A DNA stretch of 64,000 bases, taken from assembly GCA_951406725.2 (NCBI GenBank), contig OX597823.1, forward strand, positions 100,998,001 through 101,062,000, read 5' to 3'. Of this stretch, positions 39,301 to 52,080 are shown in pieces. The notes beneath the pieces are model-generated. The model was not told the origin of the DNA. It was given only the letters and a program-made list of their open reading frames with translations, and searched no databases. The stretch is from Octopus vulgaris. Lineage: Eukaryota. A program made the translations under genes and the position numbers. Within the stretch, counting starts at the first letter, position 1, and every line of letters begins with the position of its first letter.

Positions 39301-42300
39301 GTCTAAATATTGCTACTTCGGATTTGTTGTTTTTCTCGTACTTTGTATTATTTTTGATACAATTTGCATCCTAAAAACTTTTGAGATCTCTTTGATAAAT
39401 ATTTTTTTGATATAACAAATTCAAATTAGCAATTTTCTTCATTTTTTTTGTTTATTTTATAATATTTTGACACACGTACTGCTTTCTAAAAACGTGTAAG
39501 TGATCTCATAGGTAAACATGAGTAGAATGATTGTATCAAAATAATAATATTAAAAAACGAGAAATTCGAATTAGCAATATTTCGACACATTTTGCTTTCT
39601 AAAAACTCTTAGTAATAAGATTATATTTATCAAAGCGATAATCAAAAGTTTTAAGGATACAACAAATTTGCAATATTTTGACACGTACTGTTTTCTAAAA
39701 ACGTGTATAAAAATTTTCAGGATACAAATTGTATTGCAAATAAGCATAAGTTAACAACATTGCTAACTCAGTAATTTTTCAGTACTTATCTGCTATATTT
39801 CAACATTTTGTATCGTAAATACTTTTTACATTTTTGTGTTAAATATTATTATCGTACGATAATAATATTTGTGCAAAATCTCATTATCTCATTGTTAAAC
39901 TTGTATTTACCCAACAGCTGACTTGGTACAAAAGTTTAAGAAAACAAAATGTTAATATATTGCAAATAAGCATAGAAAAGTTTTTAGAAATTGCTAATTT
40001 AAATTTGTTGTTTTTTAGTATTTTAGAATTTAGTTCCAATTAAAATACAATTTGAATCCTGAAAATTTTTATACACATGTTTTCAGAAAACAGTACGTGT
40101 CAAAATATTGCAAATTTGTTGTACCCAAAAAACTTATCTCTTTGATAAATATTTTTGTGATTTTGATAAATACAATCTTATTATCAGTTACTAAATGTAT
40201 TTTCAGAGAGTTACATGAGTTTTTAGAAAGGAAAATGTATCTAAATATTGCTAATCCGAATTGGTTGTCTTTTAGTACGTCTTTCTATTATTTTGAAAAC
40301 TTTTGATATTGTGATCTCTATGATCTTTATTATCATTTTACTTACGTTTTTCCATGTTTCTAGAAAGCAGTATGAGTCAGAATTTTGCATAAAAATCATA
40401 ACGAAGCGATCAGAATTGCTAACTAATATTTTTTGTATCCGGAAAACTTCCTGATACAAAAAACTGACATTTTTGTCATCTCTGATATTATCAGGAAGTT
40501 AACATATTTATTCATGAGATCAAAGTCACAAAAGTTTTCTGCACGTGTTACAATATTGCAAATAAGCATGAAAGAGTAAACAAAATTGTTAGTTCCACAA
40601 ATATTAAGTTTACTTTTAAGACTTGATAAACATAATCTTATTATCAATCACACATATCTGAAAACATTGCGAATAAGCATAAGTGAACAACATTGCTAAC
40701 TCAAATTAATTTTTCAGTACTTATCTGCTTTAATTTGACATTTTGCATCCTGAATACTTTTTATATTTTTGTGTTAAATATTATTATCATTCAATAATAA
40801 TATTTGTGCTAAATCTTTTTATCGATAAACTAGCTAACTAGGCAGAAAAGTTTTCGGAAAATAAAATGTCAATATATTGCAAATAAACATATAAGAGTTA
40901 ACAAAATTGCTAATTTAAATTTGTTTTTTACAATTCTAGAATTTAGTAACAATTTAAGTAATTTGCCTCCAGAAAATTTTTATACACATGTTTTTAGGAA
41001 ACAGTACCTGCCAATTTGGTGTATCGTAAAAAGTTTTCTTTGATAAATATCTTATTTTCAGTTAAATGTGTTTCTTGGGAGTTACAATTGTTTTAAGAAA
41101 GCAAAATATTGCTAATTCGGATTTATTTTTTTTTTATTACTTCTTTGTATTCTTTTGATACAATTTTTGCATCCTGAAAACTTTTGAGATCGCCTTGATA
41201 AATATTTTTTAGATATGTCTGATGAATATAATCTTATTATCTTATTAAACAGAATGTTTTAATGATTTTTTTTAGTGATGGAAAAAACATTGAAAAAACA
41301 GGAGAAAACAGGAAAAAACATTGAAAAATGCCTCAATGATAAAAATCATTTTGGCATTTCTTTGGGTGGTATAAAAGACATTAACACTTAGTTTAACTAG
41401 ATTGATACTAGATTACCAGAATCTAGTATTATTTTTGCCTTCTGCTGCAAAATGCAGGCATATTTATTGTAAATAATTAAATGAATAAATTTTAAAGTAT
41501 AAAATTTTCAAATTAAATTTATTACTGATTGAAAGTTCAAATTTAAATTGGCTAACCAGAAAAAATTACTTTAATGCTGGGGTATTTAAAGAGGGTGTGG
41601 TTGAACATTGTCATTGAAGCCTGTTTCGTTCAAAGATGCTAACATTAGCCTATCTAGATTAACTGTTCTTTTTTTTAAATGAACGTGCAAAACAACTGAT
41701 TTGGGTTGGAAATTAGCCTCAATGGTTTTCTACACAGCAAAGTTCTTTTAAGATCTGTTAAGAAGAAAAAAAGGGGATGAAGTACTGAATGACATTCAGA
41801 AAATGTTCATAATTAATTGTTAAAACTCTTAAAGAAGAGGCATAAAAGTTGAAGAAATCAAAATTCAATTTCATCAAGCTAATCTGTTTAATCCTTCTTA
41901 AATCCCAATTTAAAGGATTGTAACTGGTAAACCTATCAATTCTTGAATGTGTTTGTACTCCTTTATTCTCTAACTTCTCTACCGAAGTAATATCTTTGTC
42001 TGATATTAACTGTTCTTTTAAACTATTTCCATATTAAATCAGTTGTTTTGCATGTTCATTTAAAAGAATTTTTAATCTTGATAGACTTTTTGAACGAAAC
42101 TGGCTTCAATGAATATATCTAAGCTTGCCTTCTGTTCAATGATACCCTCTTCAGATAAACTTATAACAAAGTAATTTTTTGTGGACAAATACAAATGTAA
42201 ACTTTCAATCAGTAATAAATTTAATTATAAAATTTAATACTCTCATTTATTCATTTCATTATTTTCCGAAGATTTAAAATAAATATGCCTGCATTTTCCA

Positions 42301-45300
42301 ACAGAAGGCAAAAATAATACAAATTTTACCATTACTGTTAATCTCTTCTATATTTTACCCAAAGAAATGCCAAAACGAAAACTCAATATGATTTTCAATA
42401 TTGAGGCATCTTTGAATGTTTTTTCCTGTACATCACTAAAAAAAAATCATTAAAACATTTTGTAACTTTAAGACTTTTTTTTTTTAGCAAGATTTGAATT
42501 CATAAAATAAAAACAATAACTAGCATAAGTCTTTCATTTCCACTTTCCTTAATTAATTTTGGACGTTATACATTCGAACTTTGAACAAAAGTAAAATAAT
42601 GAGTTTTCCAGCAGGATTTGAATTAGATCTGTTCAGAAAAGAGATGGCTGCCGGTACACCCAGAAGATTTGGTACACAATATGACACAAAAATTAGAAAT
42701 ACAATTGTCTTTGAGAGTTTCTTGGGCCAATGTATTGTTCTGCCTGATCTTAATAGCGAAGGTAGTGTTGTGGAAGCCTGTGCAGGTCCACAGATGGGTG
42801 TCGCCACGGTGTAATTGAGTGATAAAGACTCCCTAAAATATGCTTTTTTCTGTCCTTCCACGGAAACGGTCTCTGTATGACCATTCACCTAAGGTGAAAC
42901 CTTGAGGTGTGTAAGAAAACATGGAAAGTTTTTTCGCTACAACACATAAAACACTGAAATTAGAAACAAAAAAAACAGCAGAAAATAGACAAAACGCAAC
43001 GCACAGAAAAAACGACAAAACACATAAACAGACATTAAATAGTAAAAACGCATAAAACACAAAAAGTCACAGCGAAAATACACAACACGTGCAACAAACA
43101 CACACACTTTATGTCTAAAAATGTCTAAAAATTGTTAATTCAAATTTGTCGTTTTTTAGTACTTTGTATTTTTTTGGTAAAATTTGTATCCTGAAAATTT
43201 TTGATATTGTGATCAATCATGTGATCAATCATTTTACTTATATTTACCCATGAGATCCCTCATATTGCCAAAAAAGCACGACGAAGCGATCAAAATTGCT
43301 GACATTTTGGTTATCTCTTTGATATTATCAAGAAGTTAACATTTATTCAGGAGCTCAGTAAAGTCACAAAAGTTTTCAGTATGTGTCAAAATAAGCATTA
43401 AAGGGTGAACAAAATTGCTAATTCCATAAATGCTACATTCAAAACTTTGACACATTTAAGACTTGATAAATATAATATTATTAACGTTTTGTTTTCTAAA
43501 AACTATTGTACCTAGTGATCTGTTGGATAAAAAAATAAGAAATATAAGAGATCACTCGTCCCGTAAGTGAACAGCATTGCTAACTCAATTTAAACTCTGC
43601 TATATTTTGACATTTTGTATCCTGAATACTTTTGACATTTTTGTATTATCAATCGATAATAATATTTGTGTTAAATCTCATTATCAATCGACAAACTTAT
43701 ATTTCCCCAACAGATTATTAGGTACAATACTTTGTAGAAAACAAAATGTCAATATATTGCAAATAAGCATAGAAAAGTTAACAAAATTTAAATTTGTTGT
43801 TTTTTAGAATTTAGTTCCAACTTCCTTGATAATCACATGTTTTTAGAAAACAGTAAGTGTCAAAATATTGCAAATTTGTTGTACCCAAAAAACTTTTGAG
43901 ATCTCTTTGATAAATATTTTTGTGATTTTGATAAATATAATCTTATCAGTTTATCTTGAGAGAGTTACATGAGTTTTTAGAAATCAAAATGTATCTAAAT
44001 ATTGCTAATCCGAATTGGTTGTATTTTAGTAGTTCTTTCTATTATTTTGAAAACTTTTGAAATCTCTTTGATAAATATAATTTCATTTTCATTTTACTTA
44101 TGTTTACCCATGTTTTTAGAAAGCAGTACGAGTCAGAATTTTGCATAAAAACCATAACGAAGCGATCAGAATTGCTAAAATTTTTGTATCCGGAAAACTT
44201 TGACATTCTTGTCATCTCTGATATTATCAGGAATTTAACATATTTATTCATATTTATTCAGTTAACATATTTATACTAAGATCAAAGTCACAAAAGTTTT
44301 CTGTACATGTTACAATATTGCAAAGAAGCATGAAAGAATAAAGAAAATTGCTAGTTCCATAAATATTATTAAAATATCTGAAAACATTGCGAATAAGCAT
44401 AAGTGAACAACATTGCTAACTCAAATTAATTTTTCAGTACTTTTCTGCTATAATTTGACATTTTGTATCCTGAATACTTTTTACATTTTTGTGTTAAATA
44501 TTATTATCATTCGATAATAATATTTGTGCTAAACTTTTTATCGATAAACTTGTAATTACCCAACAGCTAACTAGGCACAGAGGTTTTTAGAAAACAAAAT
44601 GTCAATATATTGCAAATAAGCATAGAAGAGTTAAAATTGTTAATTTAAATTTGTTGTTTTTTTTTCAATTTTAGAATTTCGTTCCAATTTAAATTTAAAA
44701 CACATGTTTTTAGGAAACAGTACGTGTCAAAATATTGCCAATTTGGTGTATCCTAATAACTTCTGAGATCTCATCTTATTTTCAGTTAGTAAACTAAATG
44801 TGTTTTTGGGAGTTACAAGAGTATTTAGAAAGCAAAATGTGTCTAAATATTGCTAATTCGAATTTGTTGTTTTTTAGTACTTCTTTGTATTATTTTGATA
44901 CTATTTGCATCCTGAAAACTTTTGAGATCTCTTTGATAAATATTTTTTTGTTCTGTCTGATAAATATAATATTATCAGTTAGTAAGTCTCTAAAAAACAA
45001 TGTTTTAATGAATTTTTTTAGTGCAGTTTGTGCATATAGGAAAAAACATTGAAAAATGCCTCAATAATGAAAATCATTTAGTTTTCGTTTGTGATGATAA
45101 ATCTAGTATTATTTTCGCCTTCTGCTGCAAAATGCAGGCATATTTATTTTAAGTCTTAAAAACTTTAGTGAACTCCTTGATAATCACCCGTTACATGTTT
45201 TTAGAAAACAGTACGTGTCAAAATAATGCAAACAAGCAAAATGAACAAAATTGCTAACAAATTTGTATCCTAAAAACTTTTGAGATATTCGGTTATAAAT

Positions 45301-46030
45301 AAGATCATATTCATCAAAGAGATCACAAAAGTATTTTGAAAAAATATTTTTGTTATCTCTTTGATGAATATGATCTTATTTATAAAATATTTTGAAAAAA
45401 TATTTTTGTGATCTCTTTGATAAATATAGTCTTATTATTAGTTAACTTATATTTACCATATTGCAAATAAGCATAAAAAATTTGTACCCCGAAAATATTG
45501 AGACTGTTGTGATATCTTTTATAAATATGATATTAATAACGTTAAATTATATTTACCCAAGAGATCACTCAAGTCACAAATGTTTTAAGAAAACAAAATT
45601 AGTCAAAATAAGTAAAATAAGCATAAAATAATGAAAATTGCTAATTTTAATTTGTTGCTTTTTAGTTCTTATTTGCAATATTTTCATAGATTTTGTATCC
45701 TAAAAACTTTTGAAATAATCTTATCAATAATTTAATAAGGTCACATGATTATAATGTCACATAATTGTTAAGTTTGTTTTCTTTTAGTATTTATTTGCGA
45801 TATTTTGGCACATTTTGTATCCTAAATAATTTTCACATTTTTGTGATCTCTATGATAAATATAATCTCATTATCAATCAGTTAACTTATATTTACACGTC
45901 AGAAGTTTTCTAGAAATTGTTTGCAATTTCAACGCTTGTATCCTGAAAATTTTTAACACTTTAGTGATCACTGAAGCAACATAAGTTATCAGAAAACAAA
46001 ATCTGTCAAAATATTAAAAATAAGCATAAC
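36310..46030. repeat. Complex AT-rich satellite with higher-order units, interrupted by a distinct core at ~41240-43110
   Basis: Recurring aaatattgcaaataagcat, gatctctttgataaatat and ttgtatcctgaa; marker taagtttactt..aagacttg near 37147, 38032, 38686 and 40604. Confidence 0.85.
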
Positions 46031-47255
46031 TTAATCGTTTTAATAATTATAATCCTAAAATATATTTACCCAAAAAGCACGCAAATACTAAAAAAAACCA
46101 AAAGCAGACGACACGCACAAAATACACATACACAAAGAAAACCCAAGGAACAAAACACACTGAACTCGCACAAAAACAAAAAATTACAAAACCCATAAAA
46201 TACACATAAAAGACACTCAAAATCACACAAAACACAAAAAACACACAAAAAACACACAAAACAGACACAAAGGACACACTTGGCACATACATACACGAAA
46301 CACACAATACACCAGACAGGCAAAAAAAACTGAAATAGTTAAAACACACCTAAAACAGACTAATAACAAACACAAAAGACACAGAAAACACGGAACAAAC
46401 ACAAAAAACAAAAAATGACAAAAGCACATAAAATACACACAAAATATACGCAAAACACAAAAAAAGACATCCAAAAACACGCAAGACACCCGCAAAAAAA
46501 CACAAAAAACAAATCACACTAAACACACACAAAAGACTAAGGCGGCGCTCCAAGCATGGCCGCAGTGAAATAACTGAAAATAGTCAGAAAACAAGAGTAA
46601 ATTGCAAAAAAATTGTATATTCTGTTAACTACATATTTAAGGGAGATAACTGATAAATATCTTGTAGAGTTACTTCCCTTGCAATTTATAATACCGACGT
46701 GACTTTTTTATCTTTTACTGTGCCTATGCTGGAGCACCGCCATTTGTCGAGCAAATCGACATCAGTACTTATTCTTTGTAAGCGTAGTATTTATTCTATC
46801 GGTCTCCTTTGCCGAACCGCTAGGTTACGGAGTGGGAAATACACACAAAATATACGTAAAACACAAAAAAGACATCCAAAAACAAAATACACCCAAAAAG
46901 CACACAAGACACCCGCAAAAAAACACAAATAACAAATCACACTAAACACACACAAAAGAATAAAGGCGGCGCTCCAAGCATGGCCGCAGTGAAATAACTG
47001 AAAATAGTCAGAGAACAAGAGTAAATTGCAAAAAAATTGTATATTCTGTTAACTACATATTTAAGGGAGATAACTGATAAATATCTTTTAGAGTTACTTC
47101 CCTTGCAATTTATAATACCGACGTGACTTTTTTATCTTTTACTTATTTGACTGTGCCTATGCTGGAGCACCGCATTTGTCGAGCAAATCGACACCAGTAC
47201 TTATTCTTTGTAAGCGTAGTATTTATTCTATCGGTCTCCTTTGCCGATAGAATTG

Positions 47256-47754
47256 GCTTGCAGTCGGCAGGTGGATGTCTTCGGGATCGTTCGGCATGAT
47301 GCCCGAGACGTCAGCCTAAGACGCCGTCAGCCCGGCGGGTGGCCGCCGCCTTCACGCCACCCTTCATTCTCCGTTCGTCCACGCGCCGCGGGTCCGCCAG
47401 CGGCAGGCCTGCGCCGGTCGCCCGTTCCTCCGCCGCGCTACCGTGCCCGAAATCGAAAGAACGAACCTAAGCGCGCGGTATCGCCCACGTACGCGTGGAC
47501 GTAGCCGCGACCGATGTCGCGAGATGCACGCGCTCGATACGCCGACGTGGTCCGTCCCGTAAAATCCCGAAAGATGACAACTGCTGCCAGTATAAGTAGG
47601 GGCTGCCTTCGCTAGCAGCTCCGCCACGCTACCGTGCCCGAAATAGAAAGTACGAACCTAAGCTAGATTACGGAGAGGGAAACACACCAGCATCGGTTGT
47701 CGAGCGATGTTGGAGGCAGAAACACAGAAACTCACACACACATACATATATATA

Positions 47755-47797
<43 letters not shown>

Positions 47798-50660
47798 CGT
47801 GCGTGTGTATACATATTCACATATACGACGGGCTTCTTTCTGTTTCCGTGTACCAAATCCACTCACAAAGCGGAAGCTGAAAAAATCGTCCCGTAAAATC
47901 CCGAAAGATGACAACTGCGGCTAGCACGAGACAGAGGCAGGCCTGCACCGCCGCGCTACCGTGCCCGAAATCGAAAGACCGAATCTAAGCACGCGGCATC
48001 GCCCACGTACGCGTGGACGTAGCCGTGACCGATGTCGCGAGATGCACGCGGCCAGTGTAAGCAGGGGCTGCCTACGCCAGGCCTGCTCCCGCCTTCGCCC
48101 GCAGTCCCGCCGCGCTACCGTGCCCGAAATCGAAAGAACGAACCTAAGCTCGCGGTTTGGCCCACGTACGCGTGGACGTAGGCGTGATCGATGCCGTCAG
48201 TCTCCGGGTAGATAGAGCGACGTGGTCCGACCCGTAAGTCGAAAGAATCCGACCCGTAAGCTCACGGGTCGGCCCCGGCTGGATAGTCACGCTCTAGGTG
48301 ACGGTCGCACCCTAAGGGGGTCAAGACTATATTGAGGGCTTGCAGTCGGCAGGTGGATGTCTTTGGGATCGTTCGGCATGATGCCCGAGACGTCAGCCTA
48401 AGACGCCGTCAGCCCGGCGGGTGGCACCGCCTTCACGCCACCCTTCATTCTCCGTTCGTCCACGCGCCGCGGGTCCGCCAGCGGCAGGCCTGCGCCGGTC
48501 GCCCGTTCCTCCGCCGCGCTACCGTGCCCGAAATCGAAAGAACGAACCTAAGCGCGCGGTATCGCCCACGTACGCGTGGACGTAGCCGCGACCGATGTCG
48601 CGAGATGCACGCGCTCGATACGCCGACGTGGTCCGTCCCGTAAAATCCCGAAAGATGACAACTGCTGCCAGTATAAGTAGGGGCTGCCTTCGCCAGCAGC
48701 TCCGCCACGCTACCGTGCCCGAAATAGAAAGTACGAACCTAAGCTCGCGGTATGGCCCGCGTACGCGTGGACGTACCCGCGACCGATGCCGGAAGGCGTT
48801 CACGAGATACACGCGGTTTATACGACGACGTGGTCCGTCCCGTAAAACCCGAAAGATGACAACTGCGGCCAGCACGAGGTAGCGGCAGGCCTGCACCGGT
48901 CTCCCGCGTCTCCGCCGCCCTACCGTGCGTGAAATCGAAAGAACCAACCTAAGCTCGCGGTGTGGCCCACGTACGCGTGGACGTAGCCGCGACCGATGCC
49001 GGAAGGCGTTCACGAGATACACGCGGTCGATACGGCGACGTGGTCCGTCCCGTAAAACCCGAAAGATGACAACTGCGGCCAGCACGAGGTAGCGGCAGGC
49101 CTGCGCCGGTCGCCCGTTGCTCCGCCGTCCTACCGTGCCCGAAATCGAAAGAACGAACCTAAGCGCGCGGTGTTGCCCACGTGCTCGTGGACGTAGCCTC
49201 GACCGATGTCGCGAGGTACAGGCGTTCGATACGGCGACGTGGTCCGTCCCGTAAATTCCCGAAAGATGACAACTGCGGCCAGTGCTGGTAAAGGCCGATA
49301 GCGGCGGGCATGCGCCCGCCTTCGCCCGCAGCTCCGCCGCGCTACCGTGAGGCTGAAGCGAACCTCGCGGTGTCGCCCACGTACACGTGGACGTAAGCGC
49401 GATCGATACCGTCAGTCGCCGAGTGTGTGGGGATATGCACCGGGTAAAAACAGCGACATGGCCCGACCCGTGAGTCAAAAGAATCAGACCCGTAAGCTTA
49501 CGGGTCGGCCCACGCTGGATAGTCACGCTCTAGGTGACCGTCGCACCTCAAGGGGGTCCTAGGGTTGTGGTTGATCGGCATAGGTGACCGTCTGCAAGGG
49601 ATGTCCTCGTAGCTCCTTTTCTGCCAACGGTCAGCTCCCCGTTTGCCGGTGCAAGATCGACTCTACACGGCTGGCGCGTCCTCGAATTTCCACCGTCACA
49701 CCGCCCGCTTTCAGACGCTGCGTTTGCCCGCCCGTTGACGCCCGCCTTTTGAAGCCCGCCTTCGTCCGCGTCCGGACGTCCGCCTTTGCCCGCCTATCAG
49801 ACGCTGCGTTCTCCCGCCCCTTTTGACGCACGCGTTCGCCCGCAGCTCCGCCGCGCTACCGTGCCCGATCTAGTGAGGCTGAAGGGAACCTAGCGGTGTC
49901 GCCCGCGTACACGTGGATGTAGGCGCGATCGATGCCGTCAGTCGCCGGGAGTGCGTGGCGATATGCACCGGGTACAAACAGCGACGTGGTCCAACCCGTG
50001 AGTCGGAGGAATCCGACCCGTAAGCTTACAGGTCGGCCCACGCTGGATAGTCACGCTCTAGGGGGTCCAGACTACTATGTAGGGTTGTGGTTGATCGGCA
50101 TAGGTGACCGTCTGGAAGGGATGTCCTCGTAGCTCCTTTTCTGCCAACGGTTAGCTCCCCGTTTGCCGGTGCAAGATCGACTCTACACGGCTGGCGCGTC
50201 CTCGAATTTCCACCGTCACACCGCCCGCCTTTCAGACGCTGCGTTCGCTCGCCCGTTGACGCCCGCGTTTGCCCGCCTCTTCACGCCCGCCTATAAGACG
50301 CTGCGTTCTACCCGCCCCTTTTGACGCACCCCTTCGCCCGCCTTTGCCCGCCTTTCAGACGCCGCTGCGTTCTCCCGCCCCTTTTGACGCACGCGTTTGC
50401 CCGCCTTCGCTCGCTCGCCCGCCGGCATCCGCCGCACAACCGCTCTTTATGTAGGGTCGTGGCCGAACGGCATAGGTGACCGCCTGGAAGGGATGTTGTC
50501 GTCGCTCCTTTCTGCCAACGGTTAGCTCCCCTATTGCCGGTGTAAGGTCGACTCTACACGGCGGGCGAGTCCTCGAATCTCTGCCGCCGCCGCCACACCG
50601 CCCGCCATTCAGACGCGTTCCCTCGACGCCCGCGTCTGCCCGCCTTTCAACGCTCGTAGG
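47256..50660 (+). repeat. GC-rich array of ~190-212 bp and ~530 bp subrepeats; putative rDNA intergenic spacer with duplicated promoters
   Basis: ctaccgtg(c/a) markers at 47438, 47629, 47956, 48115, 48519, 48710, 48920, 49130 and 49342; directly upstream of an 18S fragment on the same strand. Confidence 0.7.
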
Positions 50661-51225
50661 TTCGTCCTCTCGCAATCGAACCCCTTTTCGTTATCACATT
50701 TTCTCGCCTCCTCCGACCCCCGGCCTCGTCTTCGCAGCCGAGGACCCGGTCAGGTTACGCCGCTGACCTCGTAGCGTTTCTACCTCTTCTGCTGCTGCTG
50801 CAGCTTCCCCCGGCATCACCGCCTTGGTGCGCGTCGTTTTCGTGGCGACCACCGTCATAGCACTCGCTCGTTGACCGCATTCCGGACGCAGTTCGTCGCA
50901 GCCGTTTCGAAAGGAGGAGGAGGAAGCGACCACCGACGCATAGGGCGCTGGGCGAGTCTAAAAGCTGCAGCGGGCCCGCCCATCGCCGCTGCCCCTCTCG
51001 TCTGCCGCCTTAGTCGCTGGCCTTCGCCTCTTCCGCCCGAAACCGGCCCCACTTCCAATCGACCCGCACCGGAGCCCGTCCGCAGCGGCCCCGGTGTGCG
51101 GCAGTCCTATCGCAAACCGTTTTTGCTCCGCGAACGCTTCTTCTCGTTTGTTTTCGCCTCCTCCCCAGCGTTGGAGGAGGAGGCGCGCGCGTATACGAAC
51201 GGCGGCCGAATTCGTGAGCGCTCGC

Positions 51226-51460
51226 GATCGGAATGAGTACACTTCAAATCCGTTAACGAGGATCGACCGGAGGGCAAGTCTGGTGCCAGCAGCCGCGGTA
51301 ATTCCAGCTCCGGTAGCGTATATTAAAATTGTTGCGTTTGAAAAGCTCGTAGTCGGAATTCGGGTCTCGAAAACGTGCCCCAGCACGTTCGGGGCGACGG
51401 CGCCGTCGCAGGCGCGCTTCTGGCGCGTCCGCTTCGGTCGTCCGTTCGCACTCCCGACCC
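51226..51460 (+). rRNA. 18S rRNA gene fragment (conserved 530-loop region into V4); pseudogenic orphon
   Basis: ggagggcaagtctgGTGCCAGCAGCCGCGGTAAttccagctcc..gcgtatattaaaattgttgcg..aaaagctcgtagt; rest of the gene absent. Confidence 0.95.
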
Positions 51461-51596
51461 TAAGTAAAGAAAACACAAAATAAATAAATTTTGTTAAACA
51501 AAGCAAATAAAACACAAAAACACAAAGTAAATAATTTTTTAAACAAATAACACACAAAAACACAAAGTAAGGATTGTCTAATCGTGGACTAGCTAG

Positions 51597-52080
51597 CGAG
51601 GGCCAGTCAGGCGGTACTGGCAACGGCCATGCTCAAATGGTGCTTTTTATGTGCCATCTGCACAGGAGCCAGTCCAGCGGCACTGACAACGACCTTGCTC
51701 GAATGTTTTTTCACGTGCCACCAGCACAAGTGCTAGTAGGCAACCCAGGTAATAATCACGCTCGGAATGATGTTCCGCACCGGAGCCCGTCCGCAGCGGC
51801 CCCGGTGTGCGGCAGTCGGATCGCAAACCGTTTTTGCTCCGCGAATGCTTCTTCTCGTTTGTTTTCGCTTCCTCCCCAGCGTTGGAGGAGGAGGCGCGCG
51901 CGTATACGAACGGCGGCCGAATTCGTGAGCGCTCGCGCCTCTGTTTTCAGCCCGCCGATTCCTTTTCTTCTCGTTTTTCTTCTCGGAATGATGTTTTTGG
52001 CTCGAAGGTCAGCTCGTTGTTCTGGCCCCGATCTCACTCGTATGGTTCTCTTAGCACTCCACTAGCACGGATGCCAGTCA
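51597..52080 (-). mobile_element. RTE 3' UTR fragment carrying a 207-bp GC-rich insert
   Basis: ggtactggcaacggccatgctc..atggtgcttttt motifs; insert 51775-51981 between ctcggaatgatgtt repeats. Confidence 0.7.

Larger units (their letters stand above)
33647..47887. repeat. ~14 kb composite fold-back with modular inverted arms
   Basis: Inverted pairs: 33647-33868/47662-47887; 33870-35110/46440-47246; 35290-35440/46290-46440; 35820-36040/46075-46290; 36580-36900/45700-46020. Confidence 0.85.

Noticed and set aside
48519-49526. 335-aa Arg-rich ORF
   Set aside because: Antisense reading of 210-bp GC subrepeats; the peptide simply repeats with the DNA unit
50958-51623. ORFs of 221 and 129 aa over the 18S fragment
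   Set aside because: Well-known spurious rRNA translations (YATGAGITAAAGTRLAL)
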